Shown: positions 59,335-64,000 of the stretch, in pieces
Layout: each line of letters starts with the position of its first letter
Numbering within the stretch: position 1 is the stretch's first letter
From: an uncultured virus (IMG/VR IMGVR_UViG_3300033066_001967)
Taxonomy: Duplodnaviria; Heunggongvirae; Uroviricota; Caudoviricetes
DNA length: 64,000 nt
IMG/VR virus record: IMGVR_UViG_3300033066_001967
Direction: 5' to 3' (one strand)
Translations under genes and position numbers: made by a program
Notes under the pieces: generated by a model
Database searches by the model: none
Told to the model about the DNA's origin: nothing
Seen by the model: the letters and a program-made list of their open reading frames with translations, nothing else

Positions 59335-60836
59335 ACATGAAAGAGGTCGTCCGCTTGCTGCACGCAGGCGAGGTGCCGCCGAAGCCGCTCAACGGCAAGG
59401 GCGAGCGCTACAGCGCGAGCACCGTGAAGCAAATCGACCCCGCGAGCGGCGGCTGCGAGCGCCGGCACTGGTTCGAGCAAGTGGTCGGCATCGAGCCGCC
59501 CGTCGGCCCCGCGCTGGGCATCGGCACCAAGGTCCACGGCCACATCGAGCGCGCGCTCAAGAAGGGCACGCCGCTCGACCCGAGCCCGAACGCTCCGATG
59601 GAGGAGCGCCTCGCCGCGCGCGGCCTGCCGCACCTGCCGCCGCACGGCACGCCCGGCATGCACGTCGAGCGCGGGTTCACGATGGGCACGTGGCCGGGCG
59701 GCCCCGAGTTCACCGGCACCATCGACCTCATGGTCGAGCCCGAGGGCTGGGCCGACGCCGAGGCGCATGTCCTCGACGAGCGCGTCGAGAGCGCCGAGCT
59801 GCTCGACCACAAGACCACCGGCAGCTACCAGAAGTACGCGGCCAAGGGCTGGGCGCTGAGCGAGCGCACGCCGGAGAACGAGAAGAGCAAGGCGCGCAAG
59901 TTCCTCGACGACGACATCCAGAACGTCGCCTACTCCGTGCGCATCCTCCGGTGGTTCGACGTGGAGTTCGTCAAGTCGGGGTGGGTCTACTACTCGAAGG
60001 ACTTCTCGCCCATCGTCGTCGTGCGCGCCAAGATGGAGCGCGGCCCGACCGTCGAGAAGTGGAAGGGGCGCATCATCCCGCTCGTCGAGAAGATGCAGCA
60101 CCAGCACAAGCAACGCCCGTCGCTCGCGACGGTGGAAGCAAACGAGGAGGCGTGCGGCAACTATGGTGGTTGCCCGCATCGAGCCTACTGCGTCGATTAC
60201 AAAGGAACAGGAGCACGAACAACAATGGGAAAGCTGAGTCAAAAATTGCTGGACGACGAGGGCGACGCACCGGTGGTGAAGTCGAAGAAGGAGACCAAGG
60301 AGGAGGCTCCGCCGCTCAACCCTCCGGCGAAGGGCGCGAGCCCGTTCGCGTCGATGGACGACAAGCCGTCGAAGAGCGCGAAGAAGGGCTCGCTCGCCGA
60401 CTCGCTGGACGACGAACCGGCGGCGACCAAATCCTCGAAGACATCCGAGCCGGCCTCGAAATCCTCCGCAACGCCGACGCCCGAGACTACCGGGTCGAAG
60501 AAGCCTACGTCCGAGAAGACGGCACCGTCGGGCGCGGGATTCGCCTTGTTTCTCGGGTGCGAGCCAGTCGAAAGTAAACGCCCGCGCGTCTACTTCGCGC
60601 GCATCATCGAGCCCATCACCGCGCGCGTCGCGGCGGCCCACAAGGTCGAGCACATCGGGCTCGTCAAGTACGACGGCGTCAACCACACCTGCGCGGCGCT
60701 CGCCGAGTGGCTGGAGGAGAACGGCGCCGAACTCGACGGCACCAACGTCGTCGTCGGTCGCTCCAGCTTCCACCAGGACGTCGCCGAGCGCGTCCTCTAC
60801 ACCAAGGCCATCGCGGTGGCGAAGGCGCTGTCATGA
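59331..60836 (+). CDS. PD-(D/E)XK Cas4/RecB-like exonuclease with C-terminal extension
   Basis: YSAS...C.R; GTKVH; GTIDL; DHKTTG; Q...Y; CGNYGGCP...C. Confidence 0.8.
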   Translation: MNMKEVVRLLHAGEVPPKPLNGKGERYSASTVKQIDPASGGCERRHWFEQVVGIEPPVGPALGIGTKVHGHIERALKKGTPLDPSPNAPMEERLAARGLPHLPPHGTPGMHVERGFTMGTWPGGPEFTGTIDLMVEPEGWADAEAHVLDERVESAELLDHKTTGSYQKYAAKGWALSERTPENEKSKARKFLDDDIQNVAYSVRILRWFDVEFVKSGWVYYSKDFSPIVVVRAKMERGPTVEKWKGRIIPLVEKMQHQHKQRPSLATVEANEEACGNYGGCPHRAYCVDYKGTGARTTMGKLSQKLLDDEGDAPVVKSKKETKEEAPPLNPPAKGASPFASMDDKPSKSAKKGSLADSLDDEPAATKSSKTSEPASKSSATPTPETTGSKKPTSEKTAPSGAGFALFLGCEPVESKRPRVYFARIIEPITARVAAAHKVEHIGLVKYDGVNHTCAALAEWLEENGAELDGTNVVVGRSSFHQDVAERVLYTKAIAVAKALS

Positions 60837-61231
60837 GCAACGGACCCAAGATTGTGAAGCCAGCCAAAGAGATGACGCGCATCGAGGAGCTGGTGCTCCA
60901 GCTCACCAACAAGCACGCGCAGCAACGCGCGGTCGGCGAGTGGCAGGCGCTCATCGAGATTGCGAAGATGGACGGCACCACGGTGCAGGAAGCCTTCGCC
61001 ACGGTGCGCGACATCGTCGCTCTCCGCCAGGTGCTCGCGCTCGAAGCCATCGCCGGGGAGCTGCACGGCATCAACCAGGGCGTGATGAACTTCGTGCTCA
61101 TGACGGAGATGGCGCAGAATCCGAACGCCGAAGATGACGCCGCACCCGAGTCGACCGACAGCGACGCCGCAGCCGAGGCAGCCGTCGCTGAGACGAAAGA
61201 GGACGCGCGCGGCGCGCAGGTGGAGCCGTGA
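60833..61231 (+). CDS. Hypothetical protein
   Basis: ATGA coupling; acidic tail. Confidence 0.55.
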   Translation: MSNGPKIVKPAKEMTRIEELVLQLTNKHAQQRAVGEWQALIEIAKMDGTTVQEAFATVRDIVALRQVLALEAIAGELHGINQGVMNFVLMTEMAQNPNAEDDAAPESTDSDAAAEAAVAETKEDARGAQVEP

Positions 61232-61449
61232 CCGAGGCACAGTTCCAGGCGCGCACCGAAGCGCTCGCGGACATCGTCGTGCACGCCGCCGACGACATCC
61301 ACGCGCTGAACAAAGAAACGCCCGACGTGAAAGAGGCGAAGCGATACCTGTCGCTCGCACGCACGGCGGCACAAGAATCCGAGCTGTGGCTCGGCAAGGC
61401 CATGGTGGCCTTCGCCAGCACAATCTCGGTAAACAGCCCCCAGGGCTAG
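61228..61449 (+). CDS. Hypothetical helical protein
   Basis: GGAG RBS, GTGA coupling; RYLSLARTAAQES.LW..KA helix. Confidence 0.5.
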   Translation: MTEAQFQARTEALADIVVHAADDIHALNKETPDVKEAKRYLSLARTAAQESELWLGKAMVAFASTISVNSPQG

Positions 61450-61461
61450 GAGATAGGGACC

Positions 61462-61704
61462 ATGTCAGACGTTATTTTGTACAAGAAGCAGAAGGAACAA
61501 TTGGCCAAGGCAGCAGGCAAGGTGTTCGAGGCGCAAGCCGCGTTCGCCCAAGTGCTCGCCGGCATCGGCATCAGCCCCGTCGGCACGCCGGTCAAGGCGA
61601 GCGAGACGGCGGACGTCGCCCCGAAGAAGAAGGCCGGTCGCAAGCCGAAGAAAGAAGGCAAGCAACCGGTGACCAAGAACGGCTCTGCCTTCGCTGAGAT
61701 GTAA
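61462..61704 (+). CDS. Small basic protein
   Basis: GGAG RBS; KKKAGRKPKK tail. Confidence 0.55.
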   Translation: MSDVILYKKQKEQLAKAAGKVFEAQAAFAQVLAGIGISPVGTPVKASETADVAPKKKAGRKPKKEGKQPVTKNGSAFAEM

Positions 61705-63600
61705 ATGAGCAAGCTCGCCGCGAGACTTCTCGAAGAGGACGGAGGCCTGGAGTCGCTCAACCGCAACTCCAACCTGTCGAAGTCGTTCCGAGAGAAGGGC
61801 GTGTTCCACTCGGCTGAGTTCGTGCGCGTGCGGGACCTCCCGCGCCGCATCCTGCTCGGCTTGGAGGACAGCGACGAAGCGGACCGCTTCGCCATCGCGG
61901 TGAGCAACTTCCTCTGGTGGGCGAACGGAGGCACGGGTCCGAGCCCCCTGCCCCTTCGCCCGCTACAGGCGGCCATGCTCGTCGACTGCGCCGAGCACGA
62001 GGGCCTCCTGGCCTCGCTGCCGGTCGGCGCCGGCAAGAGCTGGGTCGCCGGCCTGTTCACGGTCGAGCCGGGCTACGTGCCCCCAGGCCTCAAGCAACGA
62101 CTCGACGGCCTCTGGCCGCAAATCGAGTGCGAGCGCCCGGTGCTCGTGCTCCCACCTTCGGTGCGCGATGAGATGGAGCGGGACGTGCTCCCGAACCTGA
62201 AGAGCGCCTACCACATTCACCCGAACTTGAAGCTCGTCAGCTACAGCGAACTGCAACAGGACAAGCGCGCCAAGATACTCCACGAGCTGCGCCCTGACTT
62301 CCTTTGCTTCGACGAGATACACAACCTGAAGAACCTCACCTCCGCGCGCACCAAGCGCGTGAAGGTCTACGTCAAGGCCGAGCCCGAGACCATCGTCTCC
62401 GGATTCACCGCGACGCTCGCCGACGACTCGCTGCGCGACTTCCACCACATCGTGCTCTGGACGCATCCGCTCGACCCGCCGCTGCCGCGCGGCTGGAAGG
62501 AGCTGGAGGACTGGGCCAACGCGGTCGACGCCGACGTGGACATGATGTCGCGCCTGCCGCCAGGAGCGCTGCTCGAACTATGCCGCCCAGGCGAGTCGCC
62601 ACGCGAAGGCCTCCAGCGCCGCATGGCCGAGACGTCGGGATTCGTGCTCGCCACCGAGCCCAGCATCGACGTGCCTATCGTGCTCACCGCGCGCCGCGAC
62701 GTGGTGCTGCCTCGCTCGGTCATGGACGCGCTCGCGATGCTCGACGACGCATGGGTGACGCCCGACGGCGAGCCCGTCGCCGACGCCTCGCGCTGGGCCG
62801 CGCACTCGCGCACGCTCGCGCTCGGGTTCTATTACCGCTGGGACTGGAGCCGCATCACACGCGACGGTAAGCCGGACTTCGAGTGGCTGGAGGCCCGGCG
62901 CGACTGGGCCAAGGCCGTCGCCGAGGTGTGCCGCCGAGGCATATTCGCCTTCGACACGGAGTTGCGCGTGCGCAACGGCGCCAAGCGCGGCGAGCTGCCC
63001 AAGTCATTGCAGGCCTCGACACTCCGCGCGCTGGAGGCATGGGAGGAGCAATCGAAGAAGCCCAAGCCTCCGACGGTCGCCACGTGGCTCACCGAGGACG
63101 TGATGAACTGGGCGCTGCGCTGGGCCGACGAGCACACCGGCATCGTCTGGTGCGAGCAGACCGCCGTGCAGGAGTGGTTCGCCGCGCGGCGGCCCGAGCG
63201 CACCTACGTCGCCGGCATGAACGAGGAGCTGCGAACGCTCGCGCGCTCGAAGGCCGCCGGCACCTACAGCATCTTCTGCTCGCGGCCCTCGCACTACCAA
63301 GGCAAGAACCTGCCCGCTTGGTCGGAGAACCTCGTGCTCACGCCGGGGCCCAACGCGAAGATTTGGGAACAGAAGCTCGGGCGCACGCACCGCTCGGGAC
63401 AGAAGGCGAAGGTCGTGCGCTGCGACCTGCTCGCGCACACCTACGTCTCGATACGCTCGATGGCGACTGCGATGAGGCGCGCGCAGTTCATTCGCGAGCA
63501 ACTCGGCGCGTCGCAGAAGCTGCTCGTGTGCGAGGCTGTCGGCTGGAACAAAAGCGAAGATTTCGCGTCGGACAGTCTGGACCGAGGGTTCGATAATTGA
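61705..63600 (+). CDS. Superfamily 2 (SNF2-like) helicase
   Basis: LRPLQ, PVGAGKS, DEIH, TAT, QG.NL, EQ.LGR.HR.GQ. Confidence 0.88.
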   Translation: MSKLAARLLEEDGGLESLNRNSNLSKSFREKGVFHSAEFVRVRDLPRRILLGLEDSDEADRFAIAVSNFLWWANGGTGPSPLPLRPLQAAMLVDCAEHEGLLASLPVGAGKSWVAGLFTVEPGYVPPGLKQRLDGLWPQIECERPVLVLPPSVRDEMERDVLPNLKSAYHIHPNLKLVSYSELQQDKRAKILHELRPDFLCFDEIHNLKNLTSARTKRVKVYVKAEPETIVSGFTATLADDSLRDFHHIVLWTHPLDPPLPRGWKELEDWANAVDADVDMMSRLPPGALLELCRPGESPREGLQRRMAETSGFVLATEPSIDVPIVLTARRDVVLPRSVMDALAMLDDAWVTPDGEPVADASRWAAHSRTLALGFYYRWDWSRITRDGKPDFEWLEARRDWAKAVAEVCRRGIFAFDTELRVRNGAKRGELPKSLQASTLRALEAWEEQSKKPKPPTVATWLTEDVMNWALRWADEHTGIVWCEQTAVQEWFAARRPERTYVAGMNEELRTLARSKAAGTYSIFCSRPSHYQGKNLPAWSENLVLTPGPNAKIWEQKLGRTHRSGQKAKVVRCDLLAHTYVSIRSMATAMRRAQFIREQLGASQKLLVCEAVGWNKSEDFASDSLDRGFDN

Positions 63601-63669
63601 TAGCTACTACTGCGCGCGCTGCATGGTGCAGCACCGCAGAACAGCAACACGGACATGGAGAAGAACACG

Positions 63670-64000
63670 ATGGGCGTTTGGGACAAAATCGAAGAAGAGG
63701 ACATGAGCGGTTCGGGCAACGGCATTTATTTTGTGCCGGGCAAGTACCCGAAGCTTCGCTTGAAGGAGTCGAAGTTCAAGTCGTCCGAGGAGACCTACAA
63801 GAAGAGCGACGTCGTCATCTTCATCCTCGAAGTGCTTGAGAGCGAAGTGCCCGACCGCAAGCCCGGCAGCGAAATTGAGTACATCATCAAAGAGCGCAAG
63901 AAGGACGGCAAGCCGAACACGTTCTACCTGAAGAACATCAAGAAGTTCCTCATGGCGGTCTTCGGCACAGACGACCACACCGACATCGACGGCAAGGTGA
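63670..64000 (+). CDS. Possible single-stranded DNA-binding protein (3' truncated by window edge)
   Basis: GGAG RBS; YF.PGKY...LEVLES...PG; frame open to the end of the window; replication-module position. Confidence 0.4.
   Translation, partial: MGVWDKIEEEDMSGSGNGIYFVPGKYPKLRLKESKFKSSEETYKKSDVVIFILEVLESEVPDRKPGSEIEYIIKERKKDGKPNTFYLKNIKKFLMAVFGTDDHTDIDGKV

Noticed and set aside
59331..60836. Cas4-like gene as evidence of a CRISPR-Cas system
   Set aside because: There is no array and no other cas gene. Stand-alone Cas4-like nucleases are common in phage replication modules.
1..64000. Many long antisense or alternate-frame ORFs (e.g. 40620..42083, 54144..55508, 58920..60773, 37025..38185)
   Set aside because: These are R/A/G-rich shadows of real genes, as expected from high GC at third codon positions, and have no motifs. 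The +1 frame at 870-1151 was kept only because it carries a recognisable motif.

Overview
The window is most of the genome of a high-GC tailed dsDNA phage with a contractile (myovirus-type) tail. The spanin-like lipoprotein suggests a Gram-negative host (inference). It has two opposed arms. The + strand arm (56336-64000, continuing at 1-18141 if the genome is circular or permuted) carries replication and early genes: primase-helicase, Cas4/RecB-like nuclease, SF2 helicase, PolA C-terminus, ATP-dependent ligase, RuvC-like nuclease, two DNA methyltransferases, many small ORFs, and a terminal five-gene glycosyltransferase/SAM-methyltransferase cluster. The - strand arm (55955-17974) carries ParB-like, Vsr, a C5 methyltransferase, TerS/TerL, portal, MuF/gp7, an accessory structural cassette, XkdF-type protease, scaffold, capsid, neck, sheath, tube, a frameshifted tail chaperone, tape measure, baseplate, fibres and lysis genes. 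The most notable observations are: (1) a C5 methyltransferase whose missing motif IX appears to be encoded in an overlapping +1 frame, behind a G9 tract; (2) two related ~118-bp G-rich quasi-palindromes about 35 kb apart; (3) the glycan-building cluster facing signal-peptide-bearing lectin-like proteins and a glycoside-hydrolase-like protein; (4) a degenerate uracil-DNA-glycosylase-like domain fused to an apparently split capsid protease; (5) structured RNA candidates upstream of the portal and downstream of the capsid gene. I saw no tRNA, CRISPR array, integrase or reverse transcriptase. All calls come from motif recognition by eye, with no database searches.
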